From Longicatena caecimuris (GTDB lineage: Bacteria; Bacillota_I; Bacilli_A; Erysipelotrichales; Erysipelotrichaceae): 24,000 nt of DNA. Under the pieces are notes generated by a model, which saw only the letters and a program-made list of their open reading frames with translations, was not told the DNA's origin and did no database searches. Shown here one piece after another: positions 1 through 8,674 of the stretch (the stretch's first letter is position 1; every line of letters begins with the position of its first letter). The position numbers were made by a program, and so were the translations under genes. The stretch covers positions 23,817-47,816 of the forward strand of contig NZ_SMBP01000018.1 in NCBI RefSeq assembly GCF_004341945.1, read 5' to 3'.

Positions 1-177
1 GAGATGTTTGATAAGAAGAAAAACATGGCTTTACATGCATTCTTTCGTTGCTTAACGGCTTAAAAAATGTTATTATTTAATATAGAGATAGAGATATGGA
101 AGCGTTTAGAAAACCACGTTTCTATCAATATAAAACACTTTTTTTATAAGTTGCAAGAGTAAGAGGAGGATGTACTT

Positions 178-1878
178 ATGTTAAAAGGTATTGCAGCATC
201 AGCGGGAGTTTCCATCGCAAAAGCATACAAATTGGAATCTCCAAAAGTTGAGATCGTTAAAAAAGAAGGAGATCCTGCAATTGAAGTTGAAAAATTCAAT
301 GCAGCACTCGAAAAGACAAAAACAGATATCGAGGGTGTAAAAGAAAGAGCAGCAGCACGTCTGTCTGAAGAAGAACTGGCTGTATTTGATGCTCATCTGA
401 TGATGGCTGGTGACCCTGAATTCGCATCACAGATTGTCGGCATGATCGAAAATGATAAAGTAAATGCAGAATATGCTGCTGATACGGTTGCCAACCAGAT
501 GGTAGCTATGTTTGAGTCTATGGATAATGATTATTTCCGTGAAAGAGCTGCGGATATCAAGGATGTTACGTATCGTTTGAAATGTAACCTGCTGGGACTG
601 ACAATTCCTGATTTATCAAGCATCAGTGAAGATTCTATTATTGTTGCTTATGATTTAACACCATCAGATACGGCACAGCTGAATACATTTGTAAAAGGCT
701 TTGCGACTAGTATTGGCGGTAAAACAAGTCATTCTGCCATCATGGCAAACTCTTTAGAAATACCAGCAGTTGTAGGATGTGGAGATATCCTGAGTGCTGT
801 TGAACATGGGGATACATTAATCCTGGATGCTTTAGATGGCGAAGTATTTGTAAATCCTGATGAAGAAACAATTAAGAAATATGAAGCAAAAGCAAAGGCT
901 TATGCTGAAGAAAAAGAAGCATTAAAAGTTTTAGTGAATGCGGAATCTGTCACAACAGATGGACATAAAGTTGAATTAGCTGGTAATATCGGTGGTTTTA
1001 AAGATGTTGAAGGTGTATTGAAAAACGGTGGTGAAGGCGTAGGCTTATTCCGTACGGAATTCTTATATATGGACAACGATCACTTCCCAACAGAAGAAGA
1101 GCAGTTTGAAGCATATAAGGCTGTATTAGAAGGAATGCAAGGACGCCGTGTCGTTGTTCGTACCTTAGATATCGGTGGAGATAAGAAATTATCATACTTT
1201 GAATTCCCAGAAGAAATGAATCCATTCTTAGGCTATCGTGCAATTCGTCTGTGTCTGGATCGTACAGATATCTTCCGTACACAGTTGCGTGCCTTGATTC
1301 GTGCTAGTGTTTATGGTAGATTATGCATCATGTTCCCGATGATTGCAACCGTAAAAGAATTCTGTGACGCAAAAGCTATTTATGAAGAAGAAAAGGCAAA
1401 ATTGATTGCCGAAGGTGTAAAGGTTGCCGATAATATCGAAGTTGGTATGATGGTGGAAATTCCTGCTGCAGCTGTTAATGCGGATAACTTTGCTAAACAT
1501 GCAGACTTCTTCTCTATTGGTACAAACGATTTGATTCAGTATTCAATGGCCGCAGATCGTATGAGCGAGCATGTATCTTACTTATATCAGCCATACAATC
1601 CATCTGTATTGCGTTTAATCAAGATGACGATTGATGGTGCACATAAAGAAGGCAAATGGGCTGGTATGTGTGGCGCAATGGCTGGAGAACCATATGCTGT
1701 ACCTTTGCTGTTAGGTATGGGATTGGATGAATTCTCAATGTCTGCTACACAAATTCTGAAAGCACGTAAGATGGTAAACGGTTTAAGCAAAGATGAAGCA
1801 GCAAAACTTGCTGATGAAGCATTAAAACTTGCTACTGCTGAAGAAGTACTTGATTTAGTTAAAAAAGCAGTGGATTAA
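178..1878 (+). CDS. ptsI: Phosphoenolpyruvate-protein phosphotransferase (PTS Enzyme I)
   Basis: 566-aa ORF with a strong SD (AAGAGGAGGA) about 7 nt before the ATG. Full-length EI layout: phospho-His context [11 protein letters not shown], plus PEP-utilising motifs [22 protein letters not shown] and the GMCG Cys region. Confidence 0.95.
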   Translation: MLKGIAASAGVSIAKAYKLESPKVEIVKKEGDPAIEVEKFNAALEKTKTDIEGVKERAAARLSEEELAVFDAHLMMAGDPEFASQIVGMIENDKVNAEYAADTVANQMVAMFESMDNDYFRERAADIKDVTYRLKCNLLGLTIPDLSSISEDSIIVAYDLTPSDTAQLNTFVKGFATSIGGKTSHSAIMANSLEIPAVVGCGDILSAVEHGDTLILDALDGEVFVNPDEETIKKYEAKAKAYAEEKEALKVLVNAESVTTDGHKVELAGNIGGFKDVEGVLKNGGEGVGLFRTEFLYMDNDHFPTEEEQFEAYKAVLEGMQGRRVVVRTLDIGGDKKLSYFEFPEEMNPFLGYRAIRLCLDRTDIFRTQLRALIRASVYGRLCIMFPMIATVKEFCDAKAIYEEEKAKLIAEGVKVADNIEVGMMVEIPAAAVNADNFAKHADFFSIGTNDLIQYSMAADRMSEHVSYLYQPYNPSVLRLIKMTIDGAHKEGKWAGMCGAMAGEPYAVPLLLGMGLDEFSMSATQILKARKMVNGLSKDEAAKLADEALKLATAEEVLDLVKKAVD

Positions 1879-1932
1879 TCATTGAAAAGGGTATCTTATT
1901 GTAGTGACCTCCTAAAGTGAGTCTAACTTTTG

Positions 1933-1964
1933 AAGGGTAATATCACGCAAAGATATCCTTTTTT
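1933..1964 (+). terminator. Rho-independent terminator after ptsI
   Basis: Left arm AAGG[GTA]ATATC (1933-1944) pairs with GATATCCTT (1952-1960) across a 7-nt loop, and runs into a T tract (1959-1964). A second copy of the left arm, AAGGGTATCTT at 1887-1897, can pair with the same right arm as an alternative long-range stem. Confidence 0.6.
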
Positions 1965-2495
1965 GCTTTATTAGTAATACGATATAGGAGATTCTAAGAG
2001 GATCGCTAATCGTTGTGTGGAAGTATGTTGAAATAGATAAGAGATCGCATGCTGAATAGGATACGAATTGTATGCTTATGAGTACGTAAATTCAAATGTA
2101 GGACGTTGGAATCATCAATAAAAAGAAGGTGTCGTACCTCTTATCGTATAAGATAAAATGTAGCGCATAGCTCTTTTGGCATTGAAATTAGCAAAATTAA
2201 ATAAATATGCGAGATGTGAGAATCTGATTGTAGCGCTTACGACAATAATTTGCTAAAAATGACAAGATATTTCTTATTTCGTAAGATATAATTATTTTGT
2301 AATTAGCGGATAGCAACCCCGCAGTACAGCATCATCTGTATGCACATCTTTTCTTAAGAAAACCCTATGACATGAGTCAGTTCAAGGAAAAAGATGAGGA
2401 ATCATGGTGTGAGGACCTTGATTTTAGCGACATGTGGTGGAAAGAAATGATTCTTACAATCCCTTTCAAGAATCATTTTTTTTTATGCTTAACTA

Positions 2496-2504
2496 TGTTA
2501 AAAT
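2496..2504 (+). promoter_or_regulatory. Candidate extended -10 promoter (TGTTAAAAT) for the three-component sensor operon
   Basis: TGnTAAAAT lies about 26 nt upstream of the ATG at 2530. No convincing -35; the T-rich stretch 2476-2481 sits at that position. Confidence 0.35.
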
Positions 2505-2529
2505 AATGAAAAGAGGAAAGGGATTACAT

Positions 2530-3468
2530 ATGAAAAAAGCAGTACTAGCGGCATCGCTCATGCTTTTGTGCGGATGTCAAACAATGAAGAAGGAAACAGA
2601 AAAACCATTATATTTTGTGTTTGCAACACCATTATCTACACATACCCTATGGCTGCAGGCAAAAAGCGGTATGCAGGATGCTTGTGATCTACATCATATA
2701 CAATGTGATTGGCAAGGACCAATCAAAATTTCAACAGAACAAATGGAGGATGTAATTCAGACAGCAATTTTGAAAAAAGCAGATGGTATTATTACACAGG
2801 GAGTTATCAAGAAAACATATATCATGGAATCAATGGAGCAAAATGTACCGATCGTTCTTGTTGATTCACCGGTAGAAGACGCAAAGCCCCTTGCAACTAT
2901 TTGTAAGGATTTTGAACAACAGGCACAGATGCTTTTGACGGATATTGAAAAACGGATAGGAAAGAATGAACATCTGCGCATAGGAATTCAGGTATCGGAA
3001 CAAGATTTCGATTTGGCCAAACAGCAGATTGAATCCGTCCGTACGGTATTTAAAAAACATCCGGGCGGTTTTGAAATCGTTGCAATCAGTGAATCTAAGT
3101 CAGATCAATCCCGTTCACGTAATGAATGGATCAGCGTTTTGCAAAAAGAAAAAAATTTAAATATCACGCTAAATTTTGCCGGTGAAAGTGCGATTGGCTG
3201 TGTGATGGCGCGTGAATATCTGAATATGCAAGATGATCTGCTGATCTATGGTGTTGATGATATGGATGATACGGTAAAGATGATCAAAGAAGGTAAAATT
3301 GCCGGAAGTATAGTTACATCTTTTTATCGTTACGGATATGATTCCGTGGAGATGTTATATGAGTATGTAAGAAATGGAAAAGAGCCGGTGAAAGAGCTTC
3401 AGCCAGCGCAAATTCTATTGCTTAATAAAGGAAATCTAAAAACATATGAAAAGGAGCTGAAGGAATGA
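2530..3468 (+). CDS. Lipoprotein with type-1 periplasmic sugar-binding (RbsB/LacI-like) fold; likely ligand receptor of the adjacent two-component system
   Basis: The track ORF starts at 2434, but the ATG at 2530 follows the purine-rich SD AAGAGGAAAGGG. It opens a signal peptide, MKKAVLAASLMLLCGC, with a lipobox-like L-C-G-C (Cys16). The mature part shows the alternating beta/alpha pattern of PBP type 1 (ADGIITQGV, PIVLVDS, LIYGVDD). Its stop overlaps the next start (ATGA at 3465-3468). Confidence 0.8.
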   Translation: MKKAVLAASLMLLCGCQTMKKETEKPLYFVFATPLSTHTLWLQAKSGMQDACDLHHIQCDWQGPIKISTEQMEDVIQTAILKKADGIITQGVIKKTYIMESMEQNVPIVLVDSPVEDAKPLATICKDFEQQAQMLLTDIEKRIGKNEHLRIGIQVSEQDFDLAKQQIESVRTVFKKHPGGFEIVAISESKSDQSRSRNEWISVLQKEKNLNITLNFAGESAIGCVMAREYLNMQDDLLIYGVDDMDDTVKMIKEGKIAGSIVTSFYRYGYDSVEMLYEYVRNGKEPVKELQPAQILLLNKGNLKTYEKELKE

Positions 3469-4955
3469 TGAAACGGTGGTTGCGTCATAATGATCAGCTG
3501 GAAAGCTTCAGCGATAAGATTTTTAATTACAATCTCATGTTAATCGTCATTGTAGCCTTTGTTTGTTCGACATATGTCATGCTGAATATACGAATTATCG
3601 ATAAGTTTAATGATACCTATGTGAGCTACAATGATTTAAATGGCTTTTATTTTCATGTGAAGGAAATGAATGATAATTTTCAGGTCTATTTATATCAGCC
3701 CAGTGATGCAAATTATAAAGCTTTTCGTGATTCTTATAATGCATCCGGAAAAAACATAGATAAGATCATGCTGAGCCTAAAAGGGAATGAGCGAAAATGG
3801 CGTTTTGAACTCTTGCAGAATATGATTGATAAGTATTATATCGATGCTGAATTGGTCATTGCCAGTAATCTACAGCAAGAAGAAGACTTTAATCAGAAGT
3901 ATCAGAAGTTAATACATGAATATGAGCTGATAGCAAAGACAAGTGGAGAATATTATGATATTGTAACCGAAGATATGCAGCAGCAGAAAATTGCGGTAAA
4001 TGATAATCAGCGAACGCTGCATCTAGTATCTTTATTCTTTATTCTGTTTGTGATTACCTGGCTTGCTTATTTTTCCATTACGATGATTCGTTCGATGACA
4101 GATCCGATTGAGAAAATCATGAATAATATGAATCGCATTAAAATGGGTGAATACGACTTATCAAAAATTTCCAATGTAAACAAAGAAATGAATGTGCTTT
4201 GTTTGGCGTTAGAGGACCTTTCAAGAAGTATACAAAAAAATATTCAATATGCGAATGATAAATCCGATCTAGAGAAACGTGTATTGGAGCAGCAAAACGA
4301 AAATTTGAAAAAAGATGAACTGCTTGCGCAAAGTGAATTGAGGGTATTGCAAAATCAAATTAATCCTCATTTCTTATTTAATACCTTGAATATGATTTAT
4401 AAAAAGGCTTATAGTGAAGGTGCATATGAAACAAGTGAGCTGATGGAACGCACCAGCCGTCTGTTGCGTTATGCTTTGGATAATACCAGCCGCATCAGCA
4501 GTTTGAAAAAAGAATTAGCAGCTATTGAAAACTATAATTATATTCAGGCGAAACGTTATGGAGAACGTATTCGCTTTATTGTCGAGGCAGAAGAGGATCT
4601 TCCTGATATACGCATGCCAGGCATGATCTTACAGCCGCTTGTTGAAAATGCAGTTCTCCATGGTTTACAGGATGTTACGGAAGATGGTGAGGTCATGATT
4701 GAGGTTACGCAGCAAAACGATCATGTAATCATCAGTGTAAGTGATAATGGTGTTGGTATGGCCTCAGATGAATTGGAAAAATTAATTTTAAATGATTATG
4801 CCAAAGGAAGCGATGATCGTGTGCATCTGGGCTTATACAATGTTACCAGCCGCTTGAAGAAATTTTATGGTGATGAAGTGAGCATTATCATCAATAGTCT
4901 GGAAAACTGTGGCTTTGAGATTAATATTAAGATTGATCTAAGGAGGCGTTCCTGA
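3465..4955 (+). CDS. Sensor histidine kinase, YesM/LytS type (His_kinase + HATPase_c)
   Basis: SD AAGGAG lies 8 nt upstream. Two hydrophobic segments (about res 24-43 and 186-209) flank a roughly 140-aa extracytoplasmic region. Signature phospho-His box LQNQINPHFLFNTLN. ATPase motifs QPLVENAVLHG, SDNGVGM and GLYNV. Confidence 0.9.
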   Translation: MMKRWLRHNDQLESFSDKIFNYNLMLIVIVAFVCSTYVMLNIRIIDKFNDTYVSYNDLNGFYFHVKEMNDNFQVYLYQPSDANYKAFRDSYNASGKNIDKIMLSLKGNERKWRFELLQNMIDKYYIDAELVIASNLQQEEDFNQKYQKLIHEYELIAKTSGEYYDIVTEDMQQQKIAVNDNQRTLHLVSLFFILFVITWLAYFSITMIRSMTDPIEKIMNNMNRIKMGEYDLSKISNVNKEMNVLCLALEDLSRSIQKNIQYANDKSDLEKRVLEQQNENLKKDELLAQSELRVLQNQINPHFLFNTLNMIYKKAYSEGAYETSELMERTSRLLRYALDNTSRISSLKKELAAIENYNYIQAKRYGERIRFIVEAEEDLPDIRMPGMILQPLVENAVLHGLQDVTEDGEVMIEVTQQNDHVIISVSDNGVGMASDELEKLILNDYAKGSDDRVHLGLYNVTSRLKKFYGDEVSIIINSLENCGFEINIKIDLRRRS

Positions 4956-6484
4956 TGTATAAAATTTTAATAATCGAGGATGAGCAAATTGAACGCGAGA
5001 CACTTTATAAAATCTTACACGATAACTTTACTTTAAAAGGATTGTATATGGCGAAAAACGGGAAAGAAGCACTGGATGTTTTTGAACGTGAAAAGCCGGA
5101 AATTGTCTTAGCCGATATCAATATACCGGGAATCAATGGCTTAGAGGTCATACGGCGAATCAAACAACAGCAACAAGACACTTCCTTCCTTGTATTATCC
5201 AGTTATAACTATTTTGAATATGCACAAGAGGCCATTCGCCTAGGTGTGAGTGATTTTATTTTAAAGCCATACAACATAGAACATTTGAAAGAAGTCGTAG
5301 ATAGATTGATACACCAGCATCGAGAAAAACGTAAAGAGCAGCAACAGCATGATGAATTATTGGAGAAGATTGAAAAAATTACTCCGGTAGTTGAAAATGA
5401 ATGTTTGTATGCGATCATCTCAAATGAGAACGAATTAGAATTAAAACGTTCTTTACGACTATTAAGTCCCCATATCTGTAGTGGTTTTTGTATGATCATG
5501 CAGAGTTTGACATGTGCTTTTCATACCACAGCCATGGATACCATTTGTGAAAACTTTAAAAAGCAGGGATATCGCTGTATCAAAGAATTGTTTCATGGAC
5601 TGCAAATTTTCTTTATCCTTTTTGAGCGTCCGATTGACCAACAGGAAGTCCGACAGCTGGCAGGATATATCGATGGTTTGCGTAGTGAATATAAAGATGT
5701 CGTAATTGGTATTGGTCCTATTGTTTGTGAATTAATAAAATTTCATCATTCCTTTGATTTGGCGAGAGATCGATTAAGTGCTCAGGCACAGCCAGCTTTG
5801 AAGCTATTGATAGAAGATGAAAAAAGCAGTGAAGAAAATGCGGTAAATATTGCTACACAGGTAGAAGTATTCATGAAAGCATTTCAGAAGATGGATGAAG
5901 AATCTTTAAAAAAACATTTGAATCAATTAAGTCTTCAACTGATTCAGGAGGAAAAAGAACAATTGTATAAAGATGTATCTGAATTAATTACGTCTTTGAA
6001 AAACAGTTGTGAAAAACAATATCCGGAAATTGATTTTACTAAAGTCAAAATTACACCTTTGCGTGTGACAAGCAGTATTCACCAAGAAGTACCTTTATAT
6101 TTACATATGCAAATACATCGCTTGTATGATCTGATTGCTGAGGAGAAATTCCGTAATACGAATTTACTGGTACGTCATGCCATTCGTTATATTGACAGTA
6201 ATTATCGCAAACAAATTACATTGAGTGATATGGCAGATGCATTGCAGGTATCGCCTTATTATATTTCCAAATTACTCAGCAGCTCTTTGAATAAAACATT
6301 TACGGAACTAGTGAGTGAACGACGTGTAGAGGCTAGTAAAGAATTACTGAAAACAAATAAACGTATAAAAGAAATCGCTTATGAAGTAGGATTCCAAGGG
6401 CAAAATTATTTCACTAAAGTATTTAAAAATTATACCGGCGTTACCCCGAAGGTATATAAAAATACCTTTGAGAACAAGGAATAA
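4955..6484 (+). CDS. Response regulator with C-terminal AraC/XylS DNA-binding domain (YesN type)
   Basis: SD AAGGAGG lies 8 nt upstream, and the start overlaps the kinase stop by 1 nt. Receiver motifs: EDE at res 8-10, D54 in VLADINIPG, and K in ILKPY. C-terminal double HTH: ITLSDMADALQVSPYYISKLL ... IKEIAYEVGFQGQNYFTKVFKNYTGVTPKVYK. Confidence 0.9.
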   Translation: MYKILIIEDEQIERETLYKILHDNFTLKGLYMAKNGKEALDVFEREKPEIVLADINIPGINGLEVIRRIKQQQQDTSFLVLSSYNYFEYAQEAIRLGVSDFILKPYNIEHLKEVVDRLIHQHREKRKEQQQHDELLEKIEKITPVVENECLYAIISNENELELKRSLRLLSPHICSGFCMIMQSLTCAFHTTAMDTICENFKKQGYRCIKELFHGLQIFFILFERPIDQQEVRQLAGYIDGLRSEYKDVVIGIGPIVCELIKFHHSFDLARDRLSAQAQPALKLLIEDEKSSEENAVNIATQVEVFMKAFQKMDEESLKKHLNQLSLQLIQEEKEQLYKDVSELITSLKNSCEKQYPEIDFTKVKITPLRVTSSIHQEVPLYLHMQIHRLYDLIAEEKFRNTNLLVRHAIRYIDSNYRKQITLSDMADALQVSPYYISKLLSSSLNKTFTELVSERRVEASKELLKTNKRIKEIAYEVGFQGQNYFTKVFKNYTGVTPKVYKNTFENKE

Positions 6485-6649
6485 TAGCTTTGTATGGGGT
6501 TAAACACAAAGAATTGCTAAAGATAGCTAAATTTTACTATTTTTTCATTCTATAATAAAAATGCAGATAAAGAGACTATAATAATACTATCTGCAATACC
6601 ATAATGTAAGGCTGTTACCAGCCAGCCTTAGATGAATCCTTTTTCTTTA

Positions 6650-6684
6650 AAAAAGTCATGTTACTCCCAGAACATGACTTTTTT
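6650..6684 (+). terminator. Rho-independent terminator (A/T flanks make it potentially bidirectional)
   Basis: GTCATGTT (6655-6662) pairs with AACATGAC (6671-6678) across an 8-nt loop. An A run lies 5' and TTTTTT (6679-6684) lies 3'. Confidence 0.75.
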
Positions 6685-6701
6685 ACATGATGTGTTTGTT
6701 T

Positions 6702-6727
6702 AGTAAGCATGTTAGCTTACTTTTTTT
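6702..6727 (+). terminator. Second tandem rho-independent terminator
   Basis: AGTAAGC (6702-6708) pairs with GCTTACT (6715-6721) across a 6-nt loop, followed by a 7-T run to 6727. Confidence 0.6.
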
Positions 6728-6802
6728 AGGTTTTATTTACCGATAATTCTAACATAAGTAAAAATGACTTTTTTTCTTTGTAGGAGAATGTAAGGATAAA
6801 AG

Positions 6803-6816
6803 TGACATATATGTCA
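6803..6816. promoter_or_regulatory. Perfect 14-bp palindrome TGACATATATGTCA; candidate operator upstream of the Dlt-like operon
   Basis: The exact inverted repeat is read directly from the sequence. Its centre is about 50 bp upstream of the -10 at 6861. The regulatory role is inferred. Confidence 0.3.
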
Positions 6817-6823
6817 TTTAGAA

Positions 6824-6840
6824 TTAAGAACCCTTAAGAA
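6824..6840 (+). promoter_or_regulatory. Direct repeat TTAAGAA-N3-TTAAGAA over the -35 region of the Dlt-like operon promoter
   Basis: Two identical heptamers at 6824-6830 and 6834-6840, with 10-bp phasing, end 20 nt before the -10 hexamer. This layout is typical of sites for direct-repeat-binding activators. The regulatory role is inferred. Confidence 0.3.
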
Positions 6841-6857
6841 GTAAAAATGCATCTAGA

Positions 6858-6866
6858 TGCTATAAT
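6858..6866 (+). promoter_or_regulatory. Extended -10 promoter TGCTATAAT of the Dlt-like operon
   Basis: Perfect TGnTATAAT 51 nt upstream of the ATG at 6917. It lies downstream of two terminators, so the operon needs its own promoter. No good -35 hexamer. Confidence 0.55.
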
Positions 6867-6916
6867 ACAGGTGAACAGGAAGGGAGTTTCCTTCTTATGT
6901 AAAGGAGCTAATTGTT

Positions 6917-8431
6917 ATGAAGAATATAGTAGAGATGCTGGAAAACAGTTGTTCTCGTTATCCTGATAAAACAATGCTGATGGAACCGGAAAAGAGCATT
7001 ACATATAAAGCGTTTGTCAATGAAGCAAAAGCGATTGCTTGTAAGATTATAGAAAAAATACCATCACAGAATCAGCCTGTTGTCATTTTGATTGATAAAA
7101 GCATTCAGGCTCTCGTATCAATGATGGGAGTGTTATATAGTGGAAATTATTATACGATCTTAGATGTAAAGATGCCCGTTGAGCGTATGGAATGTATACT
7201 GAATACGTTGCAGCCAAGCCTGCTTATTAGCGATCATAAGCAATGGAAAACAGCCGAAAAGTTAAATTTTAAAGGAGATTTGTTGCTTTATGAAGAAAAC
7301 AAGACCTATGCGATAGAAGAAGCAAACTTATTATCCAGGCGAAGAAAGATGATTGATACGGATCCGGCATATGTATTGTTTACTTCCGGCTCAACCGGTA
7401 TTCCGAAAGGAACAGTTGTATCACATCGCAGTGTGCTTGCCTATGCCCATTGGGTTGTTGAAACCTTTGCAATCGATGAAACAACGATCTTTGGTAATCA
7501 GACACCGTTTTATTTCAGTATGTCTGTGCTTGATATTTATGCAACCCTTTTATCAGGTGCTAGTCTTTATTTGCTGCCAAAACTTTATTTCTCTTTTCCA
7601 GCAAAGCTTTTGGACTGCATGATTCAAAATAAGATCAATACCATTTACTGGGTGCCGAGTGCTTTAGGTATCGTGGCAAACTTAAAAGGTTTAGAAGTAT
7701 TGCCGCCTAAAGATGTAAAAAAGGTGTTGTTTGCAGGTGAAGTAATGCCAACAAAGATTTTAAATATCTGGCGCAGACATTTACCTGATGCTTTATATGC
7801 AAATTTATATGGTCCAACAGAAGTTACCGATATTTGTACGTATTATATTGTAAACCGTGATTTTGCGGATGATGAAGCTTTGCCAATCGGAAATGCTTGT
7901 AACAATTGTGATGTTATTGTGCTAAAAGAAGATGGTACACAAGCAAAAGGCGATGAAGCCGGTGAACTTTGTGTACGAGGAAGTTTTTTTGCAAATGGAT
8001 ATTATGATCAAGTGGAGAAAACAAGCGAAGTGTTTATTCAAAATCCATTGCAGCCTCATTATCCAGAGCTTATTTATCGCAGTGGTGATATTGTGAAATA
8101 CAATGAATACGGTGAGCTGATGTACTTATCACGTAAGGATTTTCAAATCAAGCATATGGGATATCGCATTGAACTTGGTGAAATTGAAACCGCTATGTTT
8201 GCGATAGAGGGGATGGATGCCTGTGCGTGTATCTATGATACACAAGCGAAATGGATCATCTTATATTATCAGGGCAAAAATTTAACGGAAAAAGCAATTT
8301 TGGAACAGGCAAAGGCCAAGCTGCCCAATTACATGTGGCCCAATAAATTTATTCCTATAAAACGCATGCCTTATAATGCAAATGGGAAAATAGATCGGAA
8401 AGCTTTAAAAGCTATGTATGCAGGAGGATAA
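6917..8431 (+). CDS. DltA-like stand-alone adenylation enzyme (amino acid/carboxylate--carrier protein ligase, ANL superfamily)
   Basis: SD AAAGGAG lies 9 nt upstream. 504 aa, which is DltA-sized. Adenylation core motifs: FTSGSTGIPKG (7382-7411), NLYGPTE, YRSGD, GELMYLSRKDFQIKHMGYRIELGEIE and NANGKIDRKAL. Followed 5 nt later by a DltC-like carrier gene. Confidence 0.9.
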   Translation: MKNIVEMLENSCSRYPDKTMLMEPEKSITYKAFVNEAKAIACKIIEKIPSQNQPVVILIDKSIQALVSMMGVLYSGNYYTILDVKMPVERMECILNTLQPSLLISDHKQWKTAEKLNFKGDLLLYEENKTYAIEEANLLSRRRKMIDTDPAYVLFTSGSTGIPKGTVVSHRSVLAYAHWVVETFAIDETTIFGNQTPFYFSMSVLDIYATLLSGASLYLLPKLYFSFPAKLLDCMIQNKINTIYWVPSALGIVANLKGLEVLPPKDVKKVLFAGEVMPTKILNIWRRHLPDALYANLYGPTEVTDICTYYIVNRDFADDEALPIGNACNNCDVIVLKEDGTQAKGDEAGELCVRGSFFANGYYDQVEKTSEVFIQNPLQPHYPELIYRSGDIVKYNEYGELMYLSRKDFQIKHMGYRIELGEIETAMFAIEGMDACACIYDTQAKWIILYYQGKNLTEKAILEQAKAKLPNYMWPNKFIPIKRMPYNANGKIDRKALKAMYAGG

Positions 8432-8436
8432 AAAAT

Positions 8437-8664
8437 ATGGAGAAATTACTAGCAATCTTAGAAGATATGAAACCAGGAGTCGATTTTAAAAAAGAAAAGA
8501 AACTTATTGAGGATGGTATTTTGGATTCCTTCGATATCGTTGAAATTATTGCGGCTATTGATGATGAATTTGATGTTGAAATTCCAGTTATGGAAGTACA
8601 GCCAGAGATTTTCAATGATGTAGAAAAGCTATATGCGCTGATTGAGCGATTAATGGAAGAATAG
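8437..8664 (+). CDS. DltC-like (D-alanyl-type) carrier protein
   Basis: 75 aa with SD AGGAGGA 8 nt upstream. GILDSFDIVEIIAAIDDEFDVEIP closely parallels the DltC phosphopantetheine region (GLLDSFGTVELL...). The candidate attachment residue is Ser31, codon 8527-8529. Confidence 0.85.
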   Translation: MEKLLAILEDMKPGVDFKKEKKLIEDGILDSFDIVEIIAAIDDEFDVEIPVMEVQPEIFNDVEKLYALIERLMEE

Positions 8665-8674
8665 GATTTGTATC

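Noticed and set aside
1-63. Open frame ending at TAA 61-63 (...EMFDKKKNMALHAFFRCLTA), considered as the 3' end of ptsH, since ptsH-ptsI is the usual operon.
   Set aside because: The C-terminal residues do not resemble HPr, and 20 codons are too few to call a gene. I only note that ptsI appears not to be directly preceded by ptsH.
107-124. Inverted repeat TAGAAA-N6-TTTCTA upstream of ptsI, considered as a cre (CcpA) site.
   Set aside because: It does not fit the cre consensus: there is no central CG and the half-site spacing is wrong. It is only 6 bp per arm, so it may be chance.
199-396. Short ORFs lying inside annotated genes, antisense or in another frame. Examples: 199-396, 998-1282, 1587-1790, 2757-3060, 5209-5705, 7353-7622, 8412-8615, 10048-10230, 11340-11522, 12469-12942, 13738-13929, 14138-14320, 15069-15326, 16055-16294, 16941-17288, 18603-18806, 19367-20440, 21806-21994, 22631-23199.
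   Set aside because: All lie within strongly supported genes, have low-complexity Phe/Ile/Ser/Cys-rich translations typical of shadow frames in AT-rich DNA, and lack SDs.
2372-2506. 44-aa plus-strand ORF (MSQFKEKDEESWCEDLDF...) in the long spacer before the sensor operon.
   Set aside because: No SD, no recognisable motif, and it overlaps the candidate promoter. It is kept only as part of the 'long non-coding gap' observation.
2434-2529. 5' extension of the lipoprotein ORF in the six-frame track (MVERNDSYNPF...).
   Set aside because: There is no SD at 2434. The internal ATG at 2530 has a strong purine-rich SD and begins a textbook signal peptide/lipobox, so the extension is just open frame in AT-rich DNA.
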